A stretch of 41,118 nt of DNA, from positions 1 through 41,118 of the forward strand of contig JBGUXJ010000157.1 of the NCBI GenBank assembly GCA_045222055.1. Direction: 5' to 3'. This DNA comes from Candidatus Cryptobacteroides sp. (GTDB lineage Bacteria > Bacteroidota > Bacteroidia > Bacteroidales > UBA932). Both the position numbers and the translations under genes were made by a program. Positions within the stretch are counted from its first letter, which is position 1; each line of letters begins with the position of its first letter. Below, piece after piece: positions 1-10,247 of this stretch. The notes under the pieces are model-generated. The model worked only from the letters and a program-made list of their open reading frames with translations. It was not told the DNA's origin and made no database searches.

Positions 1-1
1 C

Positions 2-1672
2 GAAGACGAGATTTTCATGAATGCGGATTTCTTCGCCCGCGTAAAGGCGGTCTATGAGAACATGGGCAGCCTCGACCGGGAACAGCAGATGGTTACGCAG
101 AAACTCTACCGCCGCTTCGTCCGCAACGGTGTCGACCTCGACGCCGCCGGACAGGCCCGCTTCAAGGAGATCAACAGCCGCCTCGCTGTCCTCAGCCAGA
201 AGTTTGGAAACAACCTGCTCGCCGAGAACAACGCCTTCAAGGAGATAATCGGCGTGACGGTCTCCCAGTATTCCGACTTCATGACATCCTGCACCGACCG
301 CGCCAAGCGCGAGGAGGCCTTCAAGGCCTATTCCGCCCGCGGAAACAACGGCAATGACAACGACAACAACGCCGTTGTCCTGGAGATCATGAAACTCCGT
401 ACCGAGCAGGCCAACCTGCTGGGCTACAAGACTTCCGCGGAATACCTCCTGGCTGACAAGATGGCCGGAGACCCGGTCACGGTCGACAACTTCCTCGCCG
501 AGATCATGGCCGCGTCCATGAAGAAGGCCAAGGAGGAGATCGCCGACATGCAGAAGATCATGGACGAGGATGTCAAGGCCGGACTGCTTCCCGCCGGATC
601 CAAGATCCAGCCGTGGGACTGGTTCTATTATGCCGAGAAGGTCCGCAGCCGCAAGTATGACCTGGACGAGGAACAGACCAAGCCCTACTTCCAGATCGAT
701 TCCGTCCGCAAGGGTGTCTTCTTCGCCGCCAACAAGGTCTATGGCATCAAGGTCGAACCCGCGCCGGAGGTCGAAGTATACAATCCGGTCGTCAAGGCCT
801 ACAAGCTGACCGACGCCGACGGCTCGCTGCTGGGCATCTTCTATGCGGATTCCTTCACGCGTGACACCAAGCGCGGCGGCGCATGGATGAACAACTTCCG
901 CGACCAGTACATCGACGCGGCCGGAAAGGATGTCCGCCCGGTCATCGTCAATGTCTGCAACTTCCCGCCCGCTACGGAGGATACGCCTTCCATGCTGACC
1001 ATCGACCAGGTCCAGACCTGTTTCCATGAGTTCGGCCACGCCCTCCACGGCTTCCTGACGAAGTGCCGCTACCGTGACGTCAGCGGTACTTCCGTGACCC
1101 GTGACTTCGTCGAGATGTTCTCCCAGTTCAACGAGCACTGGGCTTTCCAGCCGGAGATCCTCGCGGCCTATGCCAACAACTGGAAGACCGGGGAAGCGAT
1201 TCCGGCCGACCTCGTCGCCAAGATTGGGAATGCGCTGAAATTCAACCAGGGATTCATGACAGGCGAACTTTGCGCCGCCTCCATCCTGGACATGAAGTGG
1301 CATGAACTGACCGCCGAACAGCTGGCCACCTTCACGGACGCCGAGTCCATCCGCCGGTTCGAGATTGCCAAGTGCAAGGAAATGGGCCTGATCGACGAGA
1401 TCATCCCGCGCTACCGCACGACCTACTTCAACCACATCTTCAACAGCGGATACAGCGCCGGTTATTACAGTTACCTCTGGTCCGAAGTGCTCGATACCGA
1501 TGCGTTCGAGTACTTCCAGGCCCACGGTATCTACAATCCGGAGGTGGCGAAGTCCTTCCGGAAGACCTTCCTGGAGCGTGGCGGCAGCGAAGAGCCGATG
1601 ACGCTCTTCCGCCAGTTCAAGGGCGGTGATCCGGATCCGGGTGCGCTGCTGCGCAACCGCGGACTGGAATAG
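2..1672 (+). CDS. dcp: M3 family metallopeptidase (peptidyl-dipeptidase Dcp-like), 5' partial
   Basis: Frame is open from base 2, so the gene starts before the window. HEFGH zinc motif, RDFVE, KRGGAWM, HIF-x2-GYSAGYYSYLWSEVLD. Confidence 0.9.
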   Translation, partial: EDEIFMNADFFARVKAVYENMGSLDREQQMVTQKLYRRFVRNGVDLDAAGQARFKEINSRLAVLSQKFGNNLLAENNAFKEIIGVTVSQYSDFMTSCTDRAKREEAFKAYSARGNNGNDNDNNAVVLEIMKLRTEQANLLGYKTSAEYLLADKMAGDPVTVDNFLAEIMAASMKKAKEEIADMQKIMDEDVKAGLLPAGSKIQPWDWFYYAEKVRSRKYDLDEEQTKPYFQIDSVRKGVFFAANKVYGIKVEPAPEVEVYNPVVKAYKLTDADGSLLGIFYADSFTRDTKRGGAWMNNFRDQYIDAAGKDVRPVIVNVCNFPPATEDTPSMLTIDQVQTCFHEFGHALHGFLTKCRYRDVSGTSVTRDFVEMFSQFNEHWAFQPEILAAYANNWKTGEAIPADLVAKIGNALKFNQGFMTGELCAASILDMKWHELTAEQLATFTDAESIRRFEIAKCKEMGLIDEIIPRYRTTYFNHIFNSGYSAGYYSYLWSEVLDTDAFEYFQAHGIYNPEVAKSFRKTFLERGGSEEPMTLFRQFKGGDPDPGALLRNRGLE

Positions 1673-1681
1673 CGGTTGACT

Positions 1682-2983
1682 TTACTTAACGATCTGGACG
1701 GCGACTGTGCGCAAGAAACGTGCGGTCGCCGTTTCCAGATGGCAGTCGGGCGCGCGGTTCACGAAGTCGCGGTTGTCGATACCCAGCGACAGGTAGTTGA
1801 CGCAGGCCTTGAGATAGGCGCCGTAGGCGTTGGGGTGATGGCCGTCTGTGTGGTAGAGGTTGAGGTCGGGCCGCAGGGACATGGCCAGTTCGAAGGCGTC
1901 CACGATGGGGGAGATCCGGGATTTCTCGGCTTCGGCCATGGCGGCGGCACCTTTCTTCATGACCGGGACGCGGACGGCGGGATCTTCGGACGTACGCCGC
2001 CAGGTGTTCTCATGGATGATGTCGCAGGCAGGACTCTTCTCCCGGATGCGGGCCGCGATCTTGCCGGCGTTCTCGCGCAGGGCGGCATAGCGCTCCGGGT
2101 CGCTTCCGTAGCGGAAATTCGACTGGCTCTGGTCCTGGAGGAAGGCGAAATCATAGCCGCCCTGGTCGATGGCGTCGTTCGTCACGACCAGTCCCAGGTG
2201 CTGGCCGAAGGTCTGGCCGCCTTTCGTGGCGTCGACGACATGGAGCCGGTGTCCCAGGTTCCAGGCGATTTCCTTGAGCATGAAGGTGGCGCCGTAATAA
2301 TAGGTGAAGGAGTTTCCGATGCACAGGACCTTGTGCAGGTCCTTGGTCTTGCCGCGGCCCAGGACGTTGATGTAGGCGGTCGTGTTCAGGTCGGCGGAGA
2401 AGCCGGTGCCGGTCAGTCCGGCGTCTCCGGAACCGCCCTTGTACGGTCCCACGGCGCGGATCCGGAAGAAAAGCGTATCCTTGGCCGCCTTGCCGAGCCG
2501 GAAGGTCTGGAGGACGTTCTTGGGATCTTCTGCGGCGCCGGTGCCGCGGCAGGGGGCGCGGAAGGAATATTTCAGGGACGGATCCTCTTCCGCGGCGAGT
2601 TGCGGCTCGATGGACGGATGCCATTTCCCGCCGTCCAGGATCTCGACGACATAGTATTTCGGGGAACCGGGATTGGACAGGAAGCAGAAGTCAAACTCCA
2701 CGTAGGAGCCCTTGGCAACTTTCTTGACGGGCTGTTTCAGGATCCAGCAGTCGCCTTCCCGGAAGCGGTCGGACAGGATCCGTCCGCCGGTCGAGACGGG
2801 TTTCAGGTCCGGGCTGCCTAAGGTCAGGACGCCTTCCCCGGAAACGGTCGCTTTCAATTGTCCGGTGGAGGTCCATTCCTGGATATAGCCGAGTTCGTCG
2901 TAGTTTTCGAGCCAGATGCTGGTCTGGGCCTGTGCCGCCAGGCAGAAGCCGGCAGCGAAGAGGGACAGGAGGATTCTTTTCAT
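1682..2983 (-). CDS. Secreted SGNH/GDSL-like hydrolase (DUF4886-like C-terminal domain) with uncharacterised N-terminal domain
   Basis: Signal peptide MKRILL...AQA. Catalytic-type blocks VLCIGNSFT, LQDQS, DGHHP. Confidence 0.7.
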   Translation of the reverse strand: MKRILLSLFAAGFCLAAQAQTSIWLENYDELGYIQEWTSTGQLKATVSGEGVLTLGSPDLKPVSTGGRILSDRFREGDCWILKQPVKKVAKGSYVEFDFCFLSNPGSPKYYVVEILDGGKWHPSIEPQLAAEEDPSLKYSFRAPCRGTGAAEDPKNVLQTFRLGKAAKDTLFFRIRAVGPYKGGSGDAGLTGTGFSADLNTTAYINVLGRGKTKDLHKVLCIGNSFTYYYGATFMLKEIAWNLGHRLHVVDATKGGQTFGQHLGLVVTNDAIDQGGYDFAFLQDQSQSNFRYGSDPERYAALRENAGKIAARIREKSPACDIIHENTWRRTSEDPAVRVPVMKKGAAAMAEAEKSRISPIVDAFELAMSLRPDLNLYHTDGHHPNAYGAYLKACVNYLSLGIDNRDFVNRAPDCHLETATARFLRTVAVQIVK

Positions 2984-2988
2984 GACAA

Positions 2989-3035
2989 AGCCGTTTTACG
3001 TAACCGCAAGATAGTGATAATTACGTAAAACGGCT
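2989..3035. repeat. Perfect 15-bp inverted repeat with 17-nt spacer (terminator or operator candidate)
   Basis: agccgttttacgtaa (2989-3003) / ttacgtaaaacggct (3021-3035), between the manA stop and the esterase start. Confidence 0.75.
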
Positions 3036-3055
3036 CTTTCTTACCGAAAAAACTG

Positions 3056-4087
3056 CTACCGGATATGGCTCGTGACGAGTTTCAGGCCGCTGCCTTGGGC
3101 GGGCTTGAAGCGCACGCTCTTGGAGGTGGCGGGAATCAGCACGGTCTCGCCCCGGCGGATCTTGCAGACGTGACCCTTGGTCGGGCCGGGAACGAGTTTG
3201 CCGTCAGGGCCTTCGATGAAGACGGGCTCGCTGTCTTCCAGCATGCCTTCGCCTTCCACGCACATGACGACGAGGAAGGAGTCCACGGCGGAAAGGTCGC
3301 GGCGGAGGGGTGCGTCGAGGTCCCAGACTTCCGTAGTGAAATACGGGCAGGAAACGACTTCGACCGGCACGTTCTTGCGAGCTTCGTAGGCGGTGCAGTA
3401 GTCCGGATAGACCGTATAGTCGATGGCGTCCTTGGCCAGTTCGGTGTGGAGCTGGCGCGGCTTGCCGTCGAGGTCGAGGCGGCCGTAGTCGAAGATGCGG
3501 TAGGTGATGTCGGACGTCTGCTGGATTTCGGCGATGAAGCAGCCGCCGCAGATGGCGTGGATGCGTCCGGCGGGCAGGAAGAACACGTCGCCGGGGTGCA
3601 CGGCATGGCGGGCCAGGACATCGGTGATGGTGCCGTCGGCCACACGCCGTTCATATTCTTCCGGGGTGATTTCCTTGTTGAGGCCGGCGAGCAGGTGTGC
3701 GCCGGGTTCGGCGGCTACCACGTACCACATCTCGGTCTTGCCCTTGCTGCCGTTGTGCCGGACATAGGCGAGGGAATCGTTGGGATGGACCTGGATGCTG
3801 AGGTCGGCAAGTGCGTCGATGAACTTGATCAGCAGCGGGAACTGGTCGCCCGTATTCTTGTAGACATGCTTTCCGACGAGCAGGTCTTTGTATTCACGGA
3901 CGAGGTCGGCGATGCTGCGGCCTTTCCAGGCGCCGTTGGCGACGATGGATTCATTGCCGGCGACGCCGGACAGTTCCCAACTCTCGCCGATGTGGTGCTG
4001 GTCGGTTTCGATATGCTTGAACGGGGCGATTTTCTCGCCGCCCCAGACGACGGTCTTCAGGATGGGCCGGAATTTCAGCGGATACAT
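3056..4087 (-). CDS. manA: Type I mannose-6-phosphate isomerase
   Basis: VWGG, GESWE, FPLLIKFIDA, LSIQVHP, KTEMWY, HAI, EIQQTSDITYR cupin motifs. Confidence 0.92.
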   Translation of the reverse strand: MYPLKFRPILKTVVWGGEKIAPFKHIETDQHHIGESWELSGVAGNESIVANGAWKGRSIADLVREYKDLLVGKHVYKNTGDQFPLLIKFIDALADLSIQVHPNDSLAYVRHNGSKGKTEMWYVVAAEPGAHLLAGLNKEITPEEYERRVADGTITDVLARHAVHPGDVFFLPAGRIHAICGGCFIAEIQQTSDITYRIFDYGRLDLDGKPRQLHTELAKDAIDYTVYPDYCTAYEARKNVPVEVVSCPYFTTEVWDLDAPLRRDLSAVDSFLVVMCVEGEGMLEDSEPVFIEGPDGKLVPGPTKGHVCKIRRGETVLIPATSKSVRFKPAQGSGLKLVTSHIR

Positions 4088-4110
4088 AATGTAAAGTGCT
4101 TAATCTGATT

Positions 4111-6267
4111 TTAATACCATACTGCCGGCTTGTCGCCCATGTGATAGACGAGGGTGCCGCCTGCGGTGATGTCGGCGAATTCGAGGTAGCCCTTGTCATA
4201 AGGGGCTCCGTTGAGGGTGACGTCCTGGATGTAGCGGCCTTCGCCTTCGCAACGGATGGAGAAGGTGCCGCCGGCGACCTTGACGTCCGCTTCCTTGAAG
4301 CGGGGCAGGCCGAACCAGAACTGCGTGGAGGCCGGCTCGACCTGGTAGAAGCCGAGACTGGACAGCACGTACCAGGCACTCATCTGGCCTTCGTCCTCAT
4401 TGCCGGCCAGGCCGTTCTCGTCGGCGAAGTACATGGTGTCATACACTTCGCGGACGCGGTCGGCGGTCTTCGCCGGCTGTCCGGCCATGCTGTAGAAATA
4501 GATGATGTGGTGGCTCGGCTCGTTGCCATGGACATACTGCCCGATCAGGCCGGAGATGTCCGGGGACGCGTTCTCGCCTTCGATCCGGGAGTCCTGCGCG
4601 AAGAGGGTGTCCAGCCGGGCGACCAGCTGCTCCCTGCCGCCGTAGAAGTCGGCAAGGCCGTCGAAGTCCTGCGGGGCCAGCCAGGTGTACTGCCAGGCGT
4701 TGCCTTCGACATAGTCCTGTTCGCGGTGGTTGGAAACGAAGGGGTTGAAGGGGGTGCGCCAGGTGCCGTCGGCGAAACGGCCGCGGGCGTTGAGGGTCTC
4801 CGGATCCATGTAATGGCGATAGGAATGGCTGCGCTCCGTGAAGAAGGCCGCGTCCTCCGCCTTGCCCAGATACGCGGCGGCATGGGCGACGGCCGCATCT
4901 GCGATGGCGTATTCCATGTCATTCCCGATGCTCTCGTTGTACAGGTCGGACGGGATGTAGCCGTACTGCTTGCGCAGGTCCTGGCCGCGCTCGTCGAGCA
5001 TGACGGAGTTCTTCAGCGCTTCGTATGCATGTTCCTTGTCGAAGCCGTCGTAACCCTTGACGATGGCGTCCGCCACGGCGATGGCGCCCGGATTGCCGAC
5101 CATGCAGTCGGTCTCGCAGCCCCACAGGTGCCAGACCGGGAGCTTGCCCTGCTCGTCATAGATGCGGACCATGGTGCGGACCATGTCATCGGCCCTGTCC
5201 GGATGGATGATGTTCATCAGCGGCATCGCGGCCCGGTAGGTGTCCCACAGCGAGAAGATGGTGTAGTTGGTGAAGTCGCCCTGGTGCACCTGTCCGTCCG
5301 CTCCGCGGTATTTCCCGTCGATGTCATTGAAGACGGCGGGATGGATCATGGTGTGGTAGAGGGCGGTATAGAAGATCGTCCGGGCGGTCGGGTCTTCGCC
5401 GGAAATGCGGATGCGGGAGAGTTCCTTGTTCCAGGCGGCATCGGCCGCGCGGCAGGTCGCCTCGAAGTCCCAGCCCGGAAGTTCGGCCGTCATGGCAGCC
5501 CGGGCTCCTTCGATGCTGACGGGGGAGAGGGCGACCTTGACGAGGATCTGCTTCCCTTCGGCGAGGTCCCCGAAACCGAGCCGGGCGTACCGGTCATTCG
5601 GGAAGACGGCCGTGAACGGCTCGGAGAATTCCGCATAGAAATAGACGTGCTGGTCATTGGCCCAGCCGGTGGAACGGCGCCGGCCCTGGATGGCCCGGTC
5701 TCCGACGAGTTCAAAGCCGGTATCGGTGGCGCTGTCCCAGCAGCCGCCGTTCTCCAGGTCGATGACGATGGCGGCGTCGCGGGCGGCCGGGAAGGTATAG
5801 CGGTGCATGCCGACGCGGGCGGTGGCGGTCAGTTCGGCCGTGATGCCCCAACGGGTCAGCGGGACGCTGTAATAACTCGGCCTGGCAACCTCCTTGCTGC
5901 GGTCGGCATAGGACCAAAGGCCTGTCTGGGGACCGTCGTAATTTCCTCTGGCATAGGTGACTTCGCCGATCACGGGCATAAGCGTGACGTCAAAGAGATC
6001 GCCGATGCCGGTGCCTTCGAGGTGGGTGTGGCTGAAGCCGATGACCGTGGAATCGGAGGCATGGTAACCGGAAGTCCAGTCCCATTCCTGCGGGATGCTG
6101 GTCGGTCCGAGCTGGACCATGCCGAAGGGCACGCTGGCTCCTACGAAGACATGGCCGTGTCCGCCGGAACCGATCCGCGGATTGACGTACTGGGTGAGAC
6201 TTTCGGTGGTTTTGGGCGTGCAGGCGGCCAGGATCAGGGCAGTGGCTGCCAGAAGTCTGATTTTCAT
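4111..6267 (-). CDS. GH92 alpha-mannosidase, lipoprotein
   Basis: [55 protein letters not shown]. Lipobox LAAC. ATG at 6267 overlaps the upstream TGA (ATGA). Confidence 0.93.
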   Translation of the reverse strand: MKIRLLAATALILAACTPKTTESLTQYVNPRIGSGGHGHVFVGASVPFGMVQLGPTSIPQEWDWTSGYHASDSTVIGFSHTHLEGTGIGDLFDVTLMPVIGEVTYARGNYDGPQTGLWSYADRSKEVARPSYYSVPLTRWGITAELTATARVGMHRYTFPAARDAAIVIDLENGGCWDSATDTGFELVGDRAIQGRRRSTGWANDQHVYFYAEFSEPFTAVFPNDRYARLGFGDLAEGKQILVKVALSPVSIEGARAAMTAELPGWDFEATCRAADAAWNKELSRIRISGEDPTARTIFYTALYHTMIHPAVFNDIDGKYRGADGQVHQGDFTNYTIFSLWDTYRAAMPLMNIIHPDRADDMVRTMVRIYDEQGKLPVWHLWGCETDCMVGNPGAIAVADAIVKGYDGFDKEHAYEALKNSVMLDERGQDLRKQYGYIPSDLYNESIGNDMEYAIADAAVAHAAAYLGKAEDAAFFTERSHSYRHYMDPETLNARGRFADGTWRTPFNPFVSNHREQDYVEGNAWQYTWLAPQDFDGLADFYGGREQLVARLDTLFAQDSRIEGENASPDISGLIGQYVHGNEPSHHIIYFYSMAGQPAKTADRVREVYDTMYFADENGLAGNEDEGQMSAWYVLSSLGFYQVEPASTQFWFGLPRFKEADVKVAGGTFSIRCEGEGRYIQDVTLNGAPYDKGYLEFADITAGGTLVYHMGDKPAVWY

Positions 6268-8477
6268 TTGCACTGGAATTCAAGGGTGCCGCCGCGCAGC
6301 AGCGCACCGTGGGTAATGCGATATTCTTTCAGGGGCTTGCCTCCGAGTTTCATGGAGCGGATCCGGCGGCCGGCCGTCTTGGCCAGCACGAGGCGGTCCG
6401 TTCCGTGGATGGAGGGGTCAAGCGTGATTTCGACCTTGTCGAAGGTCGGGGTTGTCAGGGTATAGCTCGGGTCGCCCGGGCAGTCCGGGTAGAAGCCCAT
6501 CATCGAGAAGACGGCCCAGGCGGACATGGTGCCGGTGTCGTCGTTCCCGGGAATACCGTCCGGCGCCGTGGTGAAATGTTTCGCCAGGATCTCGTCGACC
6601 AGGCGCTGGGTGCGCCAGGCCTCGCCCTTGAAACGGCTGAAGAAATAAGGATAGTTGATGTCCGGTTCGTTGGCCGGGTCGAAGAGGCCTTCATCGAAGA
6701 CTTTCTGCAGTTTGGCGACATAGGCCTTGGCTCCGCCCATCAGGCGGGCATATCCTTCCACGTCGTGGGGGACGGCGAAGGTATAGTTCCAGGCGCTGCC
6801 TTCATGGAAACCGACGGCGTTGGAGAAGTCGGCGCCGTCCTTCGGGTCGAAGGGGGTGATGAACTTCCCGTCCTTGTCGATCGGACGCAGGGTGCCGGAT
6901 TCCTTGGAATAATAGTTCCTGTAGCCCAGGGAGCGGGCACGGTATTTTCCTGCCTCCGGCAGGCCCAGGTGCTCCGCCAGCGTGGCCAGGGAGGCGTCGG
7001 CGACATAGTACTCGAGGGCGTGGGAGACGGAGTTGTCGCCGGAGAAGTCCCCGGCGAACCAGCCAACGGGGATGTAGCCCCGCTCGTTGTACGGATCGGC
7101 GTCAGGGCGCATCTTGTTCTGCGCGCCCGGGGTGTCCGCGGATTTCTTGAAGGCCTCGTAGGCGGTACGGATGTCGAAGTCATGCAGGCCCTTGAGCCAG
7201 GAATCCGTGATCACGCAGATGGCCGGATCGCCTTCCATCGTGAAGGTCTCGCGGCCGAAGAGTTCCCATTTCGGCATCCAGCCCCATTCCCGGTACATGT
7301 CGATCATGCTCCGGACCATGTCGGTCTGCCGGTCCGGCCAGACCAGGGTAAGGAGTTGATGGACATTGCGATAGGTGTCCCAGAGGGAGAACACGCTGTA
7401 GCGGTGGTGTCCCGTCTCGACCTTGCCGGTGCCGGGATTCTCCATCAGCGGGTACTCCCCGTTGACGTCGTCCAGGACGGACGGATGGATCAGGGCATGG
7501 TAGAGGGCTGTATAGAAAACTTCCTTCTGTGTCTCAGTGCCGCCGGTCACGCGGATGCGGCCCAGGTCATTCTCCCAGGCCTGGCGGGCGGCGTCGCGGA
7601 CGGCCTCGAAATCGAAGCCCCGCTGTTCGGCATCGAGGTTGAGCCGAGCATTCGCGCAACTGACGAAAGACACGCCGACCTGGACGAGCACCTGCTCGCC
7701 TTCGGTCAGTCCCTCGTAGCGGAACCAGCAGCCGACCTGGTCGCCGGCGATTTCCCGGTGGTAGTTGTCGTAAATCTTGTATTTCCCCGCATCGGCATCC
7801 CACTCCGCTTCCGCGGTCATGGGCCGCTGCATCTTCCAGAATCCCGCCTTGGCCGGTGCCTTGCTGACGCGCAGGACGAAATAGATCGGGAACACGGCCT
7901 GGCTGTTATAGCAGAAAGTTCCCGCGAGACGCATGCCCTCGATCTCGGTGTCGCTGATCCGGCGCACCCATGCGCCGCTTTCATTGGTCAGTCCCTCGCC
8001 GAGGTTCACCAGGATGTTGCCGTCCCCGGCATGGAAGGTGAAACGCTCGATGCTGCTGCGCAGGGTCGCGGCGGCTTCCGCGAGGATATCCCCGCCGGTC
8101 AGCCGGACGCCGTAGTAGCCCGGTTCGGGCCGTTCGTCCGTGTATTCGGATCCGTAGGCATGGTAGTCCACCTGCAGGGGACCGGCCGTCGGCATGACGA
8201 GCAGCGAGGCGGCCTCCGGGCAGCCCACACCGCTGAGATTGACGTGGGAGAATCCGGTAAAGAACTTGTTCTCATAGACATACGGCGTGCTCCACCAGCG
8301 GCTGTCCTTGTCCCAGGTGTTGAGCTGCGAGCCCATGACGTTGAACGGCGAGACGCTCATCATGCCGTTCGGGACGACGGCGCCGGGATTGCAGGCGCCG
8401 AAGTTCGTCGTGCCGATGAACGGATTGACGTAACCCGTCAGCGAGACGAGGGCGGAGATGAGGGCGAGGAGTTTCAC
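6264..8477 (-). CDS. GH92 alpha-mannosidase
   Basis: [41 protein letters not shown] start overlaps the GH130 TGA. Confidence 0.92.
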   Translation of the reverse strand: MKLLALISALVSLTGYVNPFIGTTNFGACNPGAVVPNGMMSVSPFNVMGSQLNTWDKDSRWWSTPYVYENKFFTGFSHVNLSGVGCPEAASLLVMPTAGPLQVDYHAYGSEYTDERPEPGYYGVRLTGGDILAEAAATLRSSIERFTFHAGDGNILVNLGEGLTNESGAWVRRISDTEIEGMRLAGTFCYNSQAVFPIYFVLRVSKAPAKAGFWKMQRPMTAEAEWDADAGKYKIYDNYHREIAGDQVGCWFRYEGLTEGEQVLVQVGVSFVSCANARLNLDAEQRGFDFEAVRDAARQAWENDLGRIRVTGGTETQKEVFYTALYHALIHPSVLDDVNGEYPLMENPGTGKVETGHHRYSVFSLWDTYRNVHQLLTLVWPDRQTDMVRSMIDMYREWGWMPKWELFGRETFTMEGDPAICVITDSWLKGLHDFDIRTAYEAFKKSADTPGAQNKMRPDADPYNERGYIPVGWFAGDFSGDNSVSHALEYYVADASLATLAEHLGLPEAGKYRARSLGYRNYYSKESGTLRPIDKDGKFITPFDPKDGADFSNAVGFHEGSAWNYTFAVPHDVEGYARLMGGAKAYVAKLQKVFDEGLFDPANEPDINYPYFFSRFKGEAWRTQRLVDEILAKHFTTAPDGIPGNDDTGTMSAWAVFSMMGFYPDCPGDPSYTLTTPTFDKVEITLDPSIHGTDRLVLAKTAGRRIRSMKLGGKPLKEYRITHGALLRGGTLEFQCK

Positions 8478-9472
8478 AGGATGTTGGTGCGCTTGGTGAA
8501 TTCGACGATCTCGGGGATGTAGCCGAAGGCCAGTCCGGTCACGGTGTCGGCACAGCCGTAGTAAATCGCGATGCGGCCGGTCTCGGGATCATGCAGGGCG
8601 GCGCAGGGGAAGGCCACGCTCGGCACGTCGCCAACCAGTTCGTAATACGTCGTCGGGGTGATGAGATACTGGCCGCTGCGGGCGAGGACTTTCCAGGGCT
8701 GTTCCCGGTCGAGCAGGGCGCTGCCGAACGCATAGACATAGCCGTTGCAGGAGCGGAGGACGCCGTGGTAGATCAGCAGCCAGCCCTCCGAGGTCTCGAT
8801 CGGGACCGGGCCGGCGCCGATCTTCATGCACTGCCAGGCACTGACTTCGAACGGGGCCGGGGCCATGACATGGCGGTGGTGTCCCCAGTATTCGAGGTCC
8901 TTGGATTCGGAATAGAAGATGTCTCCGAAGGCGGTGTGGCCAGTGTCGGACGGGCGGGACAGCATGGCGAACTTGCCGTCGATCAGGCGCGGGAAGAGGA
9001 CGCCGTTGCGGTTGTAGGGCAGGAAGGCGTTCTCTCCCTGGTGGAAGGTCTTGAAGTCGGTCGTCCAGGCGATGCCGATGGTCGGGCCGTGATAGCCGTT
9101 GCACCAGGTGACATAGTACTTGTCACCGATCCTGGCGACGCGGGGGTCATAGCCATAGACCCATTCCTTCACTTCGGGGATATCACATTCAAACTTGATG
9201 GTGTCCGGGTTGATGTCCCATTTGATGCCGTCCTTGGAGAAGCCTGCGTGCAAGGTCATGCGGCGGTTCTTGTCGTCACAGCGGAAGACCCCGGCGAACC
9301 CTTCCCCGAAGGGGACGACGGCGGAGTTGAAGATGCTGTTGGAATCCGGCAGCAGGTCTCTGGGTATCACGGGATTGGCGGAATACCTCCAAATCGGGGC
9401 GGCGCAGCCTTCCGGGCGGTCCTCCCACGGCATGTTCGGAAGCGGGTTTCCGACGATGGTAAGTTTGCTCAT
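8474..9472 (-). CDS. GH130 beta-mannoside phosphorylase (probably Man-beta-1,4-GlcNAc phosphorylase type)
   Basis: [53 protein letters not shown]. No signal peptide. Confidence 0.9.
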   Translation of the reverse strand: MSKLTIVGNPLPNMPWEDRPEGCAAPIWRYSANPVIPRDLLPDSNSIFNSAVVPFGEGFAGVFRCDDKNRRMTLHAGFSKDGIKWDINPDTIKFECDIPEVKEWVYGYDPRVARIGDKYYVTWCNGYHGPTIGIAWTTDFKTFHQGENAFLPYNRNGVLFPRLIDGKFAMLSRPSDTGHTAFGDIFYSESKDLEYWGHHRHVMAPAPFEVSAWQCMKIGAGPVPIETSEGWLLIYHGVLRSCNGYVYAFGSALLDREQPWKVLARSGQYLITPTTYYELVGDVPSVAFPCAALHDPETGRIAIYYGCADTVTGLAFGYIPEIVEFTKRTNIL

Positions 9473-9494
9473 AATCGAAGTCAGTATATTTTTG

Positions 9495-9502
9495 CAAAGA
9501 TA
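9495..9502 (-). promoter_or_regulatory. Bacteroidetes sigma-A -7 element (TATCTTTG) for the GH130-GH92-GH92-manA operon
   Basis: caaagata on + matches TAnnTTTG, 22 nt upstream of the GH130 ATG. Confidence 0.65.
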
Positions 9503-9513
9503 GTAAAATCCAT

Positions 9514-10134
9514 TTAACTATACCAGAGCCACAGCAGGAGGCCGGCCAGGGGGAGATAATCCTTCAGGGAGACGCGCATGATGTCGAGCACTTTCTGGAT
9601 CTCCCGCTTGACCTTGCGGGGCGTCACGCCGTACTTTTCTGCGATTTCGGCGTAGGTCAGGTCTTCGAACCGGCTGGAATAGAATATGTTCCGGGACATC
9701 GGCGGCAACTGGCGCATGAAGTCGTCGAAGATGCGCTGCACGTCGTCGCGGAACAGGAGGGCCATGTCCTGGCCATCGAGGATGTCGATTTCGGTCATCA
9801 GGGCGCGGTAACTGTCCTGGTGCATCTTCTGTTCGATCCGCATATGGGCGGCTTTGTCCCGCAGGTGGTTGAGGCACCGGTTCTTGATCGAGGTGAGCAG
9901 GTAGGCTTCGGGCATCCCGGTGAGCTGCAGGTCGTCCCGCTTGTCCCACAGACGGGTGAAACAGTCGGCGACGATATCTTCCGCGGCGGGCCTGTCATGG
10001 ATGTATGAGGCGGCGATTCCGACGAAGGGTTCGCGGAAACGGGTGAACAGGCGGCTGAATTCCTGTGGCGTCATGCCGGAGGGTTTTGCGGCGGCTTCGG
10101 GGTTGCCGGGAATGATGTGCGGTTCTAGTGTCAT
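9514..10134 (-). CDS. ECF RNA polymerase sigma-70 factor (Bacteroides PUL type)
   Basis: [41 protein letters not shown]. Divergent from the FecR gene. Alternative start at 10074. Confidence 0.9.
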   Translation of the reverse strand: MTLEPHIIPGNPEAAAKPSGMTPQEFSRLFTRFREPFVGIAASYIHDRPAAEDIVADCFTRLWDKRDDLQLTGMPEAYLLTSIKNRCLNHLRDKAAHMRIEQKMHQDSYRALMTEIDILDGQDMALLFRDDVQRIFDDFMRQLPPMSRNIFYSSRFEDLTYAEIAEKYGVTPRKVKREIQKVLDIMRVSLKDYLPLAGLLLWLWYS

Positions 10135-10153
10135 GGGGGCGCGGGATCGGGGG

Positions 10154-10161
10154 CAAAGATA
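10154..10161 (-). promoter_or_regulatory. -7 element (TATCTTTG) for the ECF sigma gene
   Basis: caaagata on +, matches TAnnTTTG. Confidence 0.6.
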
Positions 10162-10247
10162 CGGATTCTTTTTGATTGAAAAAATGTGAAAAACGGGGGT
10201 CCGACCGGTTTCGTCAGGTGTCTTATTAATCGTTAAAACCCCAAACC

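Noticed and set aside
2989-3035. Invertible promoter (inverton)
   Set aside because: The 17-nt spacer is too short to hold a full promoter and no invertase is nearby.
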